A stretch of DNA of 64,000 nucleotides from a virus. Position numbers and translations under genes: made by a program. The stretch's first letter is position 1. Each line of letters begins with the position of its first letter. The stretch lies in UHGV virus genome UHGV-0375936. One strand, given 5' to 3'. Under the pieces are notes generated by a model. The model did no database searches. It was not told where the DNA came from and saw only the letters and a list, made by a program, of their open reading frames with translations. Shown in pieces: positions 18,026 through 27,993 of the stretch.

Positions 18026-19522
18026 TTATTTCTTTTTCGTCAGGAACTTCGGTTCTAGTCCATCAACAGCCATACCCAGAATGGTACGTGCAGTCAGTGT
18101 ACGTTTACCGCCTTTGGTTTCCTGGTCTTTAAACATCCAGTATTCTACCGTGTTGTCCAGAATTTCATTCCAGTCCCACTTCTCGTCAATCAGTTTGTAA
18201 ATCTCACCCATGCTGAGATGATACTTCATTTCAAGACGATGGTAGTTGTTTTGCATATACGCAATTGCCGCAGTGATTTCTAAAGCGCGACGTAAGCGGG
18301 CGTTATCAGAAATCATATCACGGATTGTCGTGCGTTGGAATTTCACACCAGGCAGAATGTCCAGTTCTTTGATGGAGCCGCCACTACCGCTTGATGTGAA
18401 ACCAAAGTCTGATTTTTTCAGTGTGTCACTTAAATAGTGCCACAGGCTCAGGTGATATAACAGACCCATTTCCTGAGAGAAGATCATCTGAAATTTCACA
18501 CCGGTATGACCACCCTTCGCACGATACTGGGTAAAGGTGATAATCTTCAAGTCGTTTACCGACGCATTCATCGCCTTAGAACGTGACGTCGGATAAAGTT
18601 CTTCGTTAACACCGGTCTGTGCGTTATAGCTCTGGTCTTTCTTCAGTTCCCCTGATTTCGTCGCGACGATAAAAGAGTTTGTTAAAAAGCTAAGCTGACG
18701 GCGAGGAATACCTGCGAATTTTAAATCGTCGTTGGCGTCGTCGAGAATTTTCGCATTTGCTTTTTGAGCCTGTCGGCCACCCGCCATCGCTTTCCCAGAG
18801 TCATCGGCCATCTGTGCCACGAAGCCCATGTAAAAACCACCGCGTGCAAACGCAGACGGCCAGCGGCTCATCATATTCGATTTTTGCAGCGCATCGTGGG
18901 CGTTCAGGATGTTCTGATCAGAATCCCCGATATCCGTTTTTGCGTGCTTGTCTTCCAGCGAACTGGAATGCCACTCTGACAGGGAGTCGATAGAATAAAG
19001 CCAGGGGTCCAGGATTTCTTTTAACTTACGACGAACCGGATCGGGGAACGGTGTTACGCGGGTCTTACCAGACATATACTGCTTGAAGCGTTTTTCAACT
19101 TCATCACGAATATAATCACTGTAATACTGTTCCCCAGGCATTACGTCAGAACCGACCAGGTTATAACGACCTTCGTGGATAAGTTCCAGTACGGATGTTC
19201 CGTCGTCGATACCGTTGGCGTTCATGGCAGAGATGTACCCAGTTTCTAAACGATCGAGGGCAGCGGACACTTCTGTATCGTACTTAGAACCCCACTCTGC
19301 TTTATAACGTTGCAGGATTTGGAAGATACAGAAATCTAACAAGGTGGATTTAAAGGTGTTACCGCGACCTGCGAAACCCATGATGTGGGCAAAACCACCG
19401 TTAAGGTAGTACAAACCATCTTCACCTTTTTCGTAGTTACCTAAGGCATGATCCATGATGGTGTAAACGTTAAAACGTGGACGAATTACTTCACCGATAA
19501 CTTGCTTAGTTGGGCCTGCCAT
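18026..19522 (-). CDS. Hypothetical protein (498 aa)
   Basis: Long ORF with GGAG before ATG; no motif I can assign with confidence. Confidence 0.6.
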   Translation of the reverse strand: MAGPTKQVIGEVIRPRFNVYTIMDHALGNYEKGEDGLYYLNGGFAHIMGFAGRGNTFKSTLLDFCIFQILQRYKAEWGSKYDTEVSAALDRLETGYISAMNANGIDDGTSVLELIHEGRYNLVGSDVMPGEQYYSDYIRDEVEKRFKQYMSGKTRVTPFPDPVRRKLKEILDPWLYSIDSLSEWHSSSLEDKHAKTDIGDSDQNILNAHDALQKSNMMSRWPSAFARGGFYMGFVAQMADDSGKAMAGGRQAQKANAKILDDANDDLKFAGIPRRQLSFLTNSFIVATKSGELKKDQSYNAQTGVNEELYPTSRSKAMNASVNDLKIITFTQYRAKGGHTGVKFQMIFSQEMGLLYHLSLWHYLSDTLKKSDFGFTSSGSGGSIKELDILPGVKFQRTTIRDMISDNARLRRALEITAAIAYMQNNYHRLEMKYHLSMGEIYKLIDEKWDWNEILDNTVEYWMFKDQETKGGKRTLTARTILGMAVDGLEPKFLTKKK

Positions 19523-19537
19523 TTAGCGCTCCGATAA

Positions 19538-19837
19538 TTAACGATTCTTGGTCGGAAGAAGGAGACGGCGGTTGTGCCAGAATTCAAAGTAGGTCTCTAC
19601 CCACTCAGTAACTTCTTCCGCATTTTCAGGATAAGGGTTTTCAATAGACTCGAAACGGCGTTTATTACGCTCGTCAATTTCCAGTTCCATAACACGTTTA
19701 CCGCTCGGGCACGACGTTACGCTCAAGACTTTTCCAACTTGAATAGGTTTACCGTTCTGACCTTTTTTAACAGGGGTCAGATAAATTTCCGGTTCTAAAC
19801 GCGGTGTGGTGTTTCGAGTCAGTAATTTGATTTTCAT
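19538..19837 (-). CDS. Hypothetical protein (99 aa)
   Basis: ORF, minus strand. Confidence 0.5.
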   Translation of the reverse strand: MKIKLLTRNTTPRLEPEIYLTPVKKGQNGKPIQVGKVLSVTSCPSGKRVMELEIDERNKRRFESIENPYPENAEEVTEWVETYFEFWHNRRLLLPTKNR

Positions 19838-19935
19838 CGAGCTTTACCTTTATGGAAGAGTCTCGGTCATAAGGTTTGGGTGAACTGTAAAAAGACTTTA
19901 CTATGTAACCCTGACTTATAATCCGAGGTTTTAGA

Positions 19936-20691
19936 ATGAATGTAAATCCACTTGCAGCGTTATCTAGCTTCGCCGCTAAAGCGTCTGCAATCTTACCGAA
20001 AGGGTTTAGTGGCCCTCAACAAGAGATTGCATTAACCACTTATGACGAGATGTCGGACGTTTCCAAGTGGATGCAACAAGAAAAATTCCTTCACTTTGCG
20101 GGAATGTTGGTTATCGTTCCACCTGGGTTTAATACCTACGTGATGGATCATTTGAACCGCTTAGAATCCGTATGGAGTTCACTGCAAAACATTTATACGG
20201 GTATTCTGTTGCCGGTCGATAAACAACTTTCGGCCCTTACACATGATGTGGGTGTACTGTCATTACCGATTGGTTTCCGTTACAAAAATGTTAATATACC
20301 TTTACGTAACGTTAACCCGAAAGATCTGGTTAACTTGTTAGCGAAATCGTACACTAACAACGTTATTGATCAGCGACCGATTGAGAAGACGTACCACAGC
20401 GCGTCTGAGATTGACGTTGCGTTCAATCGTGCTAAAGCCCTGAACGTTGAAATTACGAAACGTTTACGGACGAATATCGACAAGTCAATCGAGTCCATTC
20501 GCACTACGTCAGAAATCTTGTCCGAACAAAACATTCATCCGAATGTAGCAAAAGAACTGACGATGATGTTAGATTTTGCATCCGATTGGGTGGAGCTGTT
20601 TGGTCTGTTTATGAAACAGGTTAACGAGTTAATCGAATGCCTGAACGTTACTGCCGAACGCTTAAAAGCGCTTAAGGCAAACAAAAAATAA
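19936..20691 (+). CDS. Hypothetical protein (251 aa)
   Basis: Isolated plus-strand ORF, followed by bidirectional terminator. Confidence 0.55.
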   Translation: MNVNPLAALSSFAAKASAILPKGFSGPQQEIALTTYDEMSDVSKWMQQEKFLHFAGMLVIVPPGFNTYVMDHLNRLESVWSSLQNIYTGILLPVDKQLSALTHDVGVLSLPIGFRYKNVNIPLRNVNPKDLVNLLAKSYTNNVIDQRPIEKTYHSASEIDVAFNRAKALNVEITKRLRTNIDKSIESIRTTSEILSEQNIHPNVAKELTMMLDFASDWVELFGLFMKQVNELIECLNVTAERLKALKANKK

Positions 20692-20702
20692 AAAAGTAAA
20701 GT

Positions 20703-20745
20703 TACCCCTAGACCGCATGGTCTAGGGGTAAACTATTTATTTCCC
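20703..20745. terminator. Bidirectional rho-independent terminator
   Basis: TACCCCTAGACC-gcat-GGTCTAGGGGTA hairpin with A-run upstream and T-rich run downstream. Confidence 0.6.
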
Positions 20746-21636
20746 ACGATAAAATCCAGAAATGTAACTCGGCGCTATCCATCGCCATTCGCGCCAGCGC
20801 ATTTCTGACATTTTACCACACCATACACGCTTCCAATGCGCACGACGGATATGTGCGGCGCAATAAATCGCCAAACAAACCTCGTGTCCTTCCTTGCGTT
20901 GCTGCTCTATATCTTCCCATTGTACCGGACTTACATCTAAAACGACCGCTTCACTACGTGGGCGAATTTCTGTATCAGGAACATAACGAATGGACCTTCC
21001 GCGAAATTCTTTTTTCTCGCGCTCAGTTCGTTTAATTCGTGACGAAAGATATAGCCCGATGTAGACCGCGTCGAGTAGTCGCTGATTCTCCTTAACCGAA
21101 GTAAGGAGCGGCTTTAACTCCACGAAATCATCTTTACTTTTATCGATCGTGTAAATCTCAAACTCCATGTATACCGACTCGTCATGTTCTTCGCATGACA
21201 TCACAAAGAGAACTTCTTCACCTTCGTAAAGACGTCTTCCGATAAATAACGTGATTGGGGTTTCGTCGAGATTTACTGTAACCGAGAAAGTAAATGAAGG
21301 GATGGTTTCTATCCAGAAGTACGGGATATTTTTTAGTCTCTCAGTTTTTGCTAAGAGCGCCATCAGTTCTTCATCCGAGATGATTTCAACAGCAGCGTAT
21401 TGCCATCCTAGTCCCAGGGACTGCTTAATCAGTCTGGGGATCTGTTCGGTAACGCCATACTCACGATAGGTCGGATCTTTAACTGGCATAAACGTTACGG
21501 GTATTTGACGTTTATGCTCGTTAATGAACCGAATAAAGCGACACTGATCTAATCCGTGAATTGTTTGGTGTGCCTTTTCTATTTGTTCACTCATGCGTCT
21601 TAGCGCTTTCCCGTAAAGTCTATTATTCGTTGTCAT
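20737..21636 (-). CDS. Hypothetical protein, paralog A of a pair with conserved Arg/Trp-rich C-terminus (300 aa)
   Basis: Track ORF trimmed to ATG at 21636 preceded by TTTAGGAGTATTAAA; C-terminus AAHIRRAHWKRVWCG...WIAPSYISGFY matches neighbour. Confidence 0.55.
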   Translation of the reverse strand: MTTNNRLYGKALRRMSEQIEKAHQTIHGLDQCRFIRFINEHKRQIPVTFMPVKDPTYREYGVTEQIPRLIKQSLGLGWQYAAVEIISDEELMALLAKTERLKNIPYFWIETIPSFTFSVTVNLDETPITLFIGRRLYEGEEVLFVMSCEEHDESVYMEFEIYTIDKSKDDFVELKPLLTSVKENQRLLDAVYIGLYLSSRIKRTEREKKEFRGRSIRYVPDTEIRPRSEAVVLDVSPVQWEDIEQQRKEGHEVCLAIYCAAHIRRAHWKRVWCGKMSEMRWREWRWIAPSYISGFYRGK

Positions 21637-21661
21637 TTTAATACTCCTAAACACTTTTAGC

Positions 21662-22588
21662 TTAATTGTGGGGTACGTAGCCACGGACAAATGTAGGTGG
21701 AATCCAACAAAGTTTTCTCTTTCTTTCACCATTTCTAGGGCCGACCCAATATCTGCGCCAGTGTGCGCGACGGATGTGGGCAGCCTTAGCATGTTTGATA
21801 CCTTGCATGGTTTTCAAGTCAGTGTTAAACCCTTTTAGATAATTCACTTGTCCTGGCGTGATATCTATCTTAACATCGCGTTCACGAGGTTTAACGTCGT
21901 AACTAATACTACCGTTCTTTTTGATTTCCTTGAACTTAATATCATTAAAAGACCCCCTGTAATTAGGCGGGATTAGCGTACACAGAAAAATCATCGAAGT
22001 AGCGGCTTTGGCCAGAGATAACCATAGCATCTTTTCTTGTTCGGTCCGTACGCCAGTTGTATAATCGATTTCAACAAGCCCGTTTCCAACACTACATATC
22101 TCTAACGAGCAGGTGGCGATTGTGGTAACGCCTTCTGTTAACCCGTAATCAGTATTTGTAGCGATTATAATAAACCTTCTTTTCCCATTTTTTCGATAGC
22201 CGAGAAAGAAAGTCTCATCCTCTTTACCTACGTCGATTGCTACAGTCCATGTGGGTATAAAGTCCAACCATTCTTCAGGGAATTTACTGGGCATCTCAGT
22301 CTCGAAAACAAGTTCTCTAAGTGCTTGGTTGGATATTAAGGAAGCACCACCGTATAGCCATCCAATTGCCAATGTTTGAGCGTGAAGGGAACGGGGTTCT
22401 TTGAGACCTAACTCGGCGTCGTAGGGTATAAAGGCATTGGTTAAATGGTTACGATTCTTTTTTATCCATTTCGAGACAGGATTTTCCTTTATTCGGTTTT
22501 CTTCCATGACATTTTCAAGATGCTGAGACCCCATTTGTCTAAGGCAGTCTTTAATACCTTTTACTTTTTTACTTTTGTACAAATACAT
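21662..22588 (-). CDS. Hypothetical protein, paralog B (308 aa)
   Basis: C-terminus AAHIRRAHWRRYWVG...WIPPTFVRGYV; internal GW and IPxWT motifs shared with paralog A. Confidence 0.55.
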   Translation of the reverse strand: MYLYKSKKVKGIKDCLRQMGSQHLENVMEENRIKENPVSKWIKKNRNHLTNAFIPYDAELGLKEPRSLHAQTLAIGWLYGGASLISNQALRELVFETEMPSKFPEEWLDFIPTWTVAIDVGKEDETFFLGYRKNGKRRFIIIATNTDYGLTEGVTTIATCSLEICSVGNGLVEIDYTTGVRTEQEKMLWLSLAKAATSMIFLCTLIPPNYRGSFNDIKFKEIKKNGSISYDVKPRERDVKIDITPGQVNYLKGFNTDLKTMQGIKHAKAAHIRRAHWRRYWVGPRNGERKRKLCWIPPTFVRGYVPHN

Positions 22589-22599
22589 GGTTTATTCTC

Positions 22600-22643
22600 C
22601 TAAAATGGTTAAAAATAAAGTAACCCTAGCCGAAGCTAGGGTG
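22600..22643 (-). terminator. Rho-independent terminator (minus strand)
   Basis: ACCCTAGC-cgaa-GCTAGGGT hairpin then T-rich run on minus strand. Confidence 0.55.
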
Positions 22644-22647
22644 TCTA

Positions 22648-23136
22648 TTAGTCGATTTTGACGTAATCAGGATAATTAGCTTTTAGCCACTCCCATAGTT
22701 GCAGAGCAAGTTGGTTTTCGTTACGCTTGATGATTTCTACGATTTCGTTCAAGAGAGAGTCTTCAACCCAAATCCGGGTATAAAATTTTTCCCATTCCGG
22801 TTCTGTATAAGGGACTAGCGGAGTAGGGAATCGACCCATGTGGTACGCATCAGAAACTTTCTTTAAGAACTCGTTGCGACCATGGCGTAGACGTTGCCGA
22901 ACGTCTGTTTCTGTCATGCGCTTGCTTGATGGATCGAAGAAGTCAAGTATGATAAATATGTATCCAAATAAGCTCTGAGAAGAAAAGTAGGACGCGGCGT
23001 AGTCCGCCATCCAGGGAGTGTCTACAACCAACGGAGTCAACTTTTCTTCAATTTCTTTTCGTACACGTGTTTCGTTATTGAGAAATTCATGTACGAAATC
23101 GGTGTCACGAATATCGAAGTTATGATTTAAGTTCAT
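22648..23136 (-). CDS. Hypothetical protein (162 aa)
   Basis: ORF, minus strand. Confidence 0.55.
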   Translation of the reverse strand: MNLNHNFDIRDTDFVHEFLNNETRVRKEIEEKLTPLVVDTPWMADYAASYFSSQSLFGYIFIILDFFDPSSKRMTETDVRQRLRHGRNEFLKKVSDAYHMGRFPTPLVPYTEPEWEKFYTRIWVEDSLLNEIVEIIKRNENQLALQLWEWLKANYPDYVKID

Positions 23137-23137
23137 T

Positions 23138-23662
23138 TTATTGTCCTAAAATTGGGGTGAGTTTGTCTGCGGTGTTTAACAACGCTTTTGTAATTTCGTG
23201 GTTGGTCTCTTTTAGGATGGCGCAGCAGAGAGTGGTATAAACCTCAATTGCTAACGTGATTTCTTGTTCGGTCAGACACGGTTCGGTACCGCCAACCCCA
23301 TAACGTTGCGCTGCATATTCAATTTCAAGTTTCAAACGTTTTCGTAGTGCCTCGTCATCAGTTAAACGCGCACACGCCCGATCGAAACGTCTATTGTAAG
23401 CCTCGATCTTGTGGACAATTTCGCGTCGCAGTTGGTCGACATTTACGTTATCATCAAGAGTGATGGTGACGTTGTCAACTAAACAGTAATGTACTGTGTG
23501 TCGTAAGTTGTGTAATGTGGCGACAGTAACGACCCGCTCCTGATGGTCGCTAAAGCCGTGAGCACCACAGAGCTTGCGTGCAACTGCGCCGGAGATTTTC
23601 TCCTCTAGCGCTATCGGTGTGGCAATGGTTGTTTTCTTACGAAGCTGAATTAAAATATCCAC
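23138..23662 (-). CDS. Hypothetical protein (174 aa)
   Basis: ORF, minus strand, 1-nt spacing. Confidence 0.55.
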   Translation of the reverse strand: MDILIQLRKKTTIATPIALEEKISGAVARKLCGAHGFSDHQERVVTVATLHNLRHTVHYCLVDNVTITLDDNVNVDQLRREIVHKIEAYNRRFDRACARLTDDEALRKRLKLEIEYAAQRYGVGGTEPCLTEQEITLAIEVYTTLCCAILKETNHEITKALLNTADKLTPILGQ

Positions 23663-23664
23663 GA

Positions 23665-24237
23665 TTATACTCCTTTAGGTTGACCGTATTTTGATGACAG
23701 GTAGATGAGCTCAGCATGGCAGATTTTCTCAACTAACCCGAGTGTCTCAAGGAAAATATCCCGGATACGGGACATTGTTTCGTTGGTAAGAATATCGCTC
23801 CAACACGTTGTGTCTATTATATCCGTCGTTGAAGATTGTCGCTGCAGTATGGCGACATACACTTCGTCGAGGGTATCTGGAGCATTATTCTGTAAGTAAT
23901 GCGCGGCATGTAGAAAGGCTTTCTCAAGAATCAGGTGAATATCCGTATCGGGATCAGTTACCCGCACTAAATGTGGGTATGTCATAGCCGAATGGATTTT
24001 TCGCTCTAACTGTTCAATGAGATTATTCACCATCGCTTCTGAATCCAGGATAGTAATTTCGACCCCACTGTGTTCTTCAGAAATCTTGTTCTCATGTACT
24101 GCTATCGCGTCGTGCAGTTCAAACGCAACGCGGCTACGCATCTCACTTAACAGTTTGTTTAATTTGCCCCGTGACTCGCTGAGTGAGAAATCGATAAGTA
24201 TTTTCATGTTAATAGCCCTGATAAATGATGTCGTCAC
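23665..24237 (-). CDS. Hypothetical protein (190 aa)
   Basis: ORF, minus strand. Confidence 0.55.
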   Translation of the reverse strand: MTTSFIRAINMKILIDFSLSESRGKLNKLLSEMRSRVAFELHDAIAVHENKISEEHSGVEITILDSEAMVNNLIEQLERKIHSAMTYPHLVRVTDPDTDIHLILEKAFLHAAHYLQNNAPDTLDEVYVAILQRQSSTTDIIDTTCWSDILTNETMSRIRDIFLETLGLVEKICHAELIYLSSKYGQPKGV

Positions 24238-24946
24238 GGTCTTTACGTAACTGGCAGTATGTTACGTCAGCACCGTTAGGGATTTGTACGCCAGCGTCTT
24301 CAAGATAAATAACACCAGTCTGATTACAGAAATAAAAAGACCACAAGTACGGATTGCCTTGACAACTGTTTTCACGATGATCGAAGGGCCAATAGCCTCG
24401 ATACAATTCGTCGTAATCACCGCGCTCGATACCAAAAGCAATCATTTCTTTTTCCCACAATCTGCTTTCGGCGTCGTAAATCGAAAACCAGAAACCGACG
24501 AGGTTCTTTGTCCGTTTAACGTTCATTAAGTCGTTATAAATGGGGAAGAGTGCTTTATTGAAACTTTCTAACATCCCTGGAGAGAGTAGAAAGTTCACGT
24601 AATATTCTAGCCATTGATAAACGGCTTCCCAGACATCCTCAGAAGAGAAATGCTCGAATACGGCGTCATCACAATCGTAGTTATCGAAGACCCCTGAGAG
24701 ATCTATTATGACGTCGCGAAGGTCAAAGTTTCGGTTGGTATTGACACCCTCAATAACTTCAGCGATGAGACGAGTAAAGACGTTTGTGCAGGCAGTCTGT
24801 GCGGTATAAAAGAATTCTCCTTGTACGGTTGACCACTTTGGGTCCTTCAAATGTTCATTGAAGTATTGTGGCCAAATTTTATAAAAGATTCCCTCGAACA
24901 ACGAGGGATTGATACGTTGTAATTGAGGGACATAAACTTTTAGCAT
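24209..24946 (-). CDS. Hypothetical protein (245 aa)
   Basis: ORF, minus strand. Confidence 0.55.
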   Translation of the reverse strand: MLKVYVPQLQRINPSLFEGIFYKIWPQYFNEHLKDPKWSTVQGEFFYTAQTACTNVFTRLIAEVIEGVNTNRNFDLRDVIIDLSGVFDNYDCDDAVFEHFSSEDVWEAVYQWLEYYVNFLLSPGMLESFNKALFPIYNDLMNVKRTKNLVGFWFSIYDAESRLWEKEMIAFGIERGDYDELYRGYWPFDHRENSCQGNPYLWSFYFCNQTGVIYLEDAGVQIPNGADVTYCQLRKDRDDIIYQGY

Positions 24947-24982
24947 TTTAATAACTCCAATGGTGTTACACCTGGATAATAT

Positions 24983-25651
24983 CTATCTAAGAATATTTTT
25001 AGCGAAAAAAGGATCGACTATAAACTCCTTCACCTGTGAGTCATAACCCGAATGTATTTGATCGCTACTGAGCAAATACCCGTCTAAATCGTGTGGAAGA
25101 ATCCAAGAATCCCCCTGTTTAAAAATACCATAATCTGTTGTTCCAGAGGAAAAAACGATTTCCTCTGGAGAGGGATAGATGTGGCGTAAGGCAAGATCAG
25201 ACGGCTTTAGCACGATTAATCGAACGGGATGTTGACTGACTGCCTCTTTAATAAACTGTTCACGATTAAACCAAATTATTTTTTCGGGGTAAGTTTCGAA
25301 TTCAGCCCATGTCCGCGTGATAACTAATTTGGAAATCTTTCTCAATTCTTCAGAATGCTCTGCGTAGCCGATACACTCCTTGCGTACTTCATGATTTTCT
25401 ACCGATGCTGTGAATTTTTGGAATAGGTGTTGTTGGAAAAAGCCGTTCTCCGGGATATCACAACCCGCGTTGTATAGTGCAACGATCTCCCACAACAACG
25501 AAAGAGAAAACACAAATGCTAACTTTTCCACAACTTCCCAATCTTCGGAGTAAGGGGCTTTAAAGCCCCAATACTGCCGTGCGTTATACATAAAGTGAGT
25601 TTGTAAAAACCGAGGGGCTTTTGACAAGACCTCACTATAAACGATCAGCAT
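24983..25651 (-). CDS. Hypothetical protein (222 aa)
   Basis: ORF, minus strand. Confidence 0.55.
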   Translation of the reverse strand: MLIVYSEVLSKAPRFLQTHFMYNARQYWGFKAPYSEDWEVVEKLAFVFSLSLLWEIVALYNAGCDIPENGFFQQHLFQKFTASVENHEVRKECIGYAEHSEELRKISKLVITRTWAEFETYPEKIIWFNREQFIKEAVSQHPVRLIVLKPSDLALRHIYPSPEEIVFSSGTTDYGIFKQGDSWILPHDLDGYLLSSDQIHSGYDSQVKEFIVDPFFAKNILR

Positions 25652-27165
25652 TCAAGCTCCTTATCCGTCAATATTCGTTTGTTTGAATAATAGCCGCACC
25701 ACAACCCATGATATTTTTCCCCGATATAAACCAACGCGTACTCGATATACTGCCGTTCTGGACGCCGTACCGCCACGTAGAATCGTCCTTCTGGTTCTTT
25801 CATACGGTTGATTTCCGTACGCGTCGGTATGTCGATACCTCGAGTAAGGATGGTTTTAACCTTGTTTTTGCTACCTGGGATATGGATGGTTACGTCAAAA
25901 CCTTTATCTACGTTACGATAAAAGTCTTTCTTCGGCTTACCTTTCTCATCGTAAAGCAGGTCAGTAATGTCGTTCATTACGACTGAGTTTTTCCCCTCCA
26001 TGGCATCGCGTAACCAACCTGCAAGCTCATCACGAATCGTAATGCAGCGATAAGACAATAACGCGGGACGAAGAATTCGTGTAATCGAAAGATCTTCAAA
26101 CATCCACAGGTTTTTGTCTTCGCTAAAATGCATCCGTTCGATAGGAATACCGTTAGCTGCGGCTTCTGCGAACTTCTTACGTTTTACGAATAAGTTAAAT
26201 ACAACGGCGATGGGATCAAATTGACGTAAACGGGGCACCCCTTCCCACGCTTTCGCAGAGTGGGTATTTACCAACTCGTATACGTTATCCCACGGTTCTT
26301 TGGTAAACATTACGCAGAATTGTGCGTCTGGAATGTACTTACCAACGAAGACGATATCGTCCTTCTGTTTTGCATGGTTCCCACCGAACATGTAATAAAG
26401 TTTATTACCGTTAACCGTAACCGTGGGATGCGGTTCGTTCACCATCGGGTAACAGAACTTCGTAACACAGATATCAGGAAAGGCAGACAAATTGACACCC
26501 TCGCCAACAACTTCTGGTTGCTGTTCTTCCTCAGGCATCTCGTCTTTTGACCAATACGGTGTATAGTCTAACCCATCACCTCGAGCCGAAATACTTGAAC
26601 CTTTCCGTGCTAACTCGTCGGCACGTTCGTTTCCATAACGTCCTGAATGCCCTTTAATTTTAAGGACACGAACACCTTTCCCTTCTTTCTTTAACCGCTG
26701 TTTAACCTCCCACATCCGTTGGATTAATTCCAAGTTCGCAATAGGTGTACCGTCTGCACGACGCCAACCGCGTGCAGCCCAACCATCAATCCAATCGTTA
26801 TACGTGTTGACAACGTAAGAGGCATCGATATAGATAACATAGTTTTTGGCAACGAAAGGTGCGTGTTCGAAGACGGTCAGGAAAGCCACGAGTTCTGCAA
26901 CGTCAGAGTGTGACATTTTTGGTACAGGCACAACGCCGTCAATAAACTCCACAGTTTCTGGTAAAGGTGGAAGTTTTTCATCCTTGTTTATCTGGCGGTA
27001 TCCTGACGACGTAATCCCCTCTGGAATAGAGGGATGGCGGTAAACCCGACCATCCTCAATCGCTTCACGATTAAATAAGTATCCATGAATCCCCGCTCCT
27101 GTACCGAGCGGGGAGGTCAAATGGCTACCATCCGTGTAAATTACTGCAACATCAACGTTCTTCAT
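25645..27165 (-). CDS. RNase HI domain protein fused to ~300-aa uncharacterized C-terminal region (506 aa)
   Basis: N-terminal VAVIYTDGSHL...GTGAGIHGY and later IKGHSGRYGNERADELARKG match RNase H type 1 signature; C-terminal half unassigned. Confidence 0.65.
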   Translation of the reverse strand: MKNVDVAVIYTDGSHLTSPLGTGAGIHGYLFNREAIEDGRVYRHPSIPEGITSSGYRQINKDEKLPPLPETVEFIDGVVPVPKMSHSDVAELVAFLTVFEHAPFVAKNYVIYIDASYVVNTYNDWIDGWAARGWRRADGTPIANLELIQRMWEVKQRLKKEGKGVRVLKIKGHSGRYGNERADELARKGSSISARGDGLDYTPYWSKDEMPEEEQQPEVVGEGVNLSAFPDICVTKFCYPMVNEPHPTVTVNGNKLYYMFGGNHAKQKDDIVFVGKYIPDAQFCVMFTKEPWDNVYELVNTHSAKAWEGVPRLRQFDPIAVVFNLFVKRKKFAEAAANGIPIERMHFSEDKNLWMFEDLSITRILRPALLSYRCITIRDELAGWLRDAMEGKNSVVMNDITDLLYDEKGKPKKDFYRNVDKGFDVTIHIPGSKNKVKTILTRGIDIPTRTEINRMKEPEGRFYVAVRRPERQYIEYALVYIGEKYHGLWCGYYSNKRILTDKELEC

Positions 27166-27167
27166 TC

Positions 27168-27902
27168 TTAATCCCTGGTTAATTGATCACGAATCTGTGG
27201 CGCAACATACTCGCCTGTTTTCAGTTCTTCGTGACAGGCTTTGGCGCGTTCAAACCCGTATTGGCGTGTGACCAAAGCGAGGTGGTAAATACGTGCCGTG
27301 GTGTAGGCTTCTTTTGCTGCATCCCACATTGCGTGGTGCTCAAAAGCGGGCTTACCGCGTGTCCAGTAAATTTGCTCTACGGTTAAGTCAGGCTCGAAAC
27401 CAAATGCAAAGGCTAAACGTTCTGCAGTACGATCGCTATCCAGTGCACTAAATTTACGGAACTTCCCTGGCGGAATATCACATTGTGCGAACGCGTTCAT
27501 GAAAATCGGTGCATCAAAGTCAGGACCACGCATGGTAATAACAAATTCATGTTTTGCGGTAATCTCCCCGAGCCATTTTTGCATCGCCCACAGTGCGTCC
27601 GGCAATGCTGTCGTCCCACCCCATGCTTCCGCATAGGCTTCACGAGACGGTGCGTATTCGGGTTCGCCTTTACCTTCCCACCAACCAACAGTTTGTGGGT
27701 CTTCGTGGAAAATGGCTTTTGCTTTAGGATCGTTAGGATCAATACGGATGTATGAGGAACCGACCATTTTCAATGTAGGGACGTCAAAGGCCACTAAACC
27801 TGCACTTAACAGATAAGCATCGGGACGTAATGATTTGGTTTCAGCATCAGCGCCAATAACCAGCGTCGGTGTGTACGGGGTGACAATTTTTGGGTAGGTC
27901 AT
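27168..27902 (-). CDS. DEDDh-type 3'-5' exonuclease (DnaQ/RNase T-like)
   Basis: Exo motifs: VIGADAET (DxE), GPDFDAPIF, HHAMWDA (H-x4-D). Confidence 0.65.
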   Translation of the reverse strand: MTYPKIVTPYTPTLVIGADAETKSLRPDAYLLSAGLVAFDVPTLKMVGSSYIRIDPNDPKAKAIFHEDPQTVGWWEGKGEPEYAPSREAYAEAWGGTTALPDALWAMQKWLGEITAKHEFVITMRGPDFDAPIFMNAFAQCDIPPGKFRKFSALDSDRTAERLAFAFGFEPDLTVEQIYWTRGKPAFEHHAMWDAAKEAYTTARIYHLALVTRQYGFERAKACHEELKTGEYVAPQIRDQLTRD

Positions 27903-27944
27903 GTTGAATTCTCCTGTTAGTCTACATTAAAATAGTCGTAAACG

Positions 27945-27988
27945 TTAAAAAGAAAGACCCTCCTGTACCACGAAAGGGTACAGGAGGG
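27945..27988 (-). terminator. Rho-independent terminator (minus strand)
   Basis: CCCTCCTGTACC-acgaaa-GGGTACAGGAGGG hairpin then T-run on minus strand. Confidence 0.6.
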
Positions 27989-27993
27989 GGGTG

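Noticed and set aside
19838-19935. Sigma-70-like promoter (TTTACT...TATAAT) upstream of 19936-20691
   Set aside because: Spacer length between the candidate -35 and -10 is only about 14 nt by my count, so I do not call it as a feature.
21637-21792. N-terminal 52-codon extension of ORF 20737-21792
   Set aside because: It overlaps the upstream paralog by 130 nt and lacks an RBS, whereas the internal ATG at 21636 has TTTAGGAGTATTAAA upstream.
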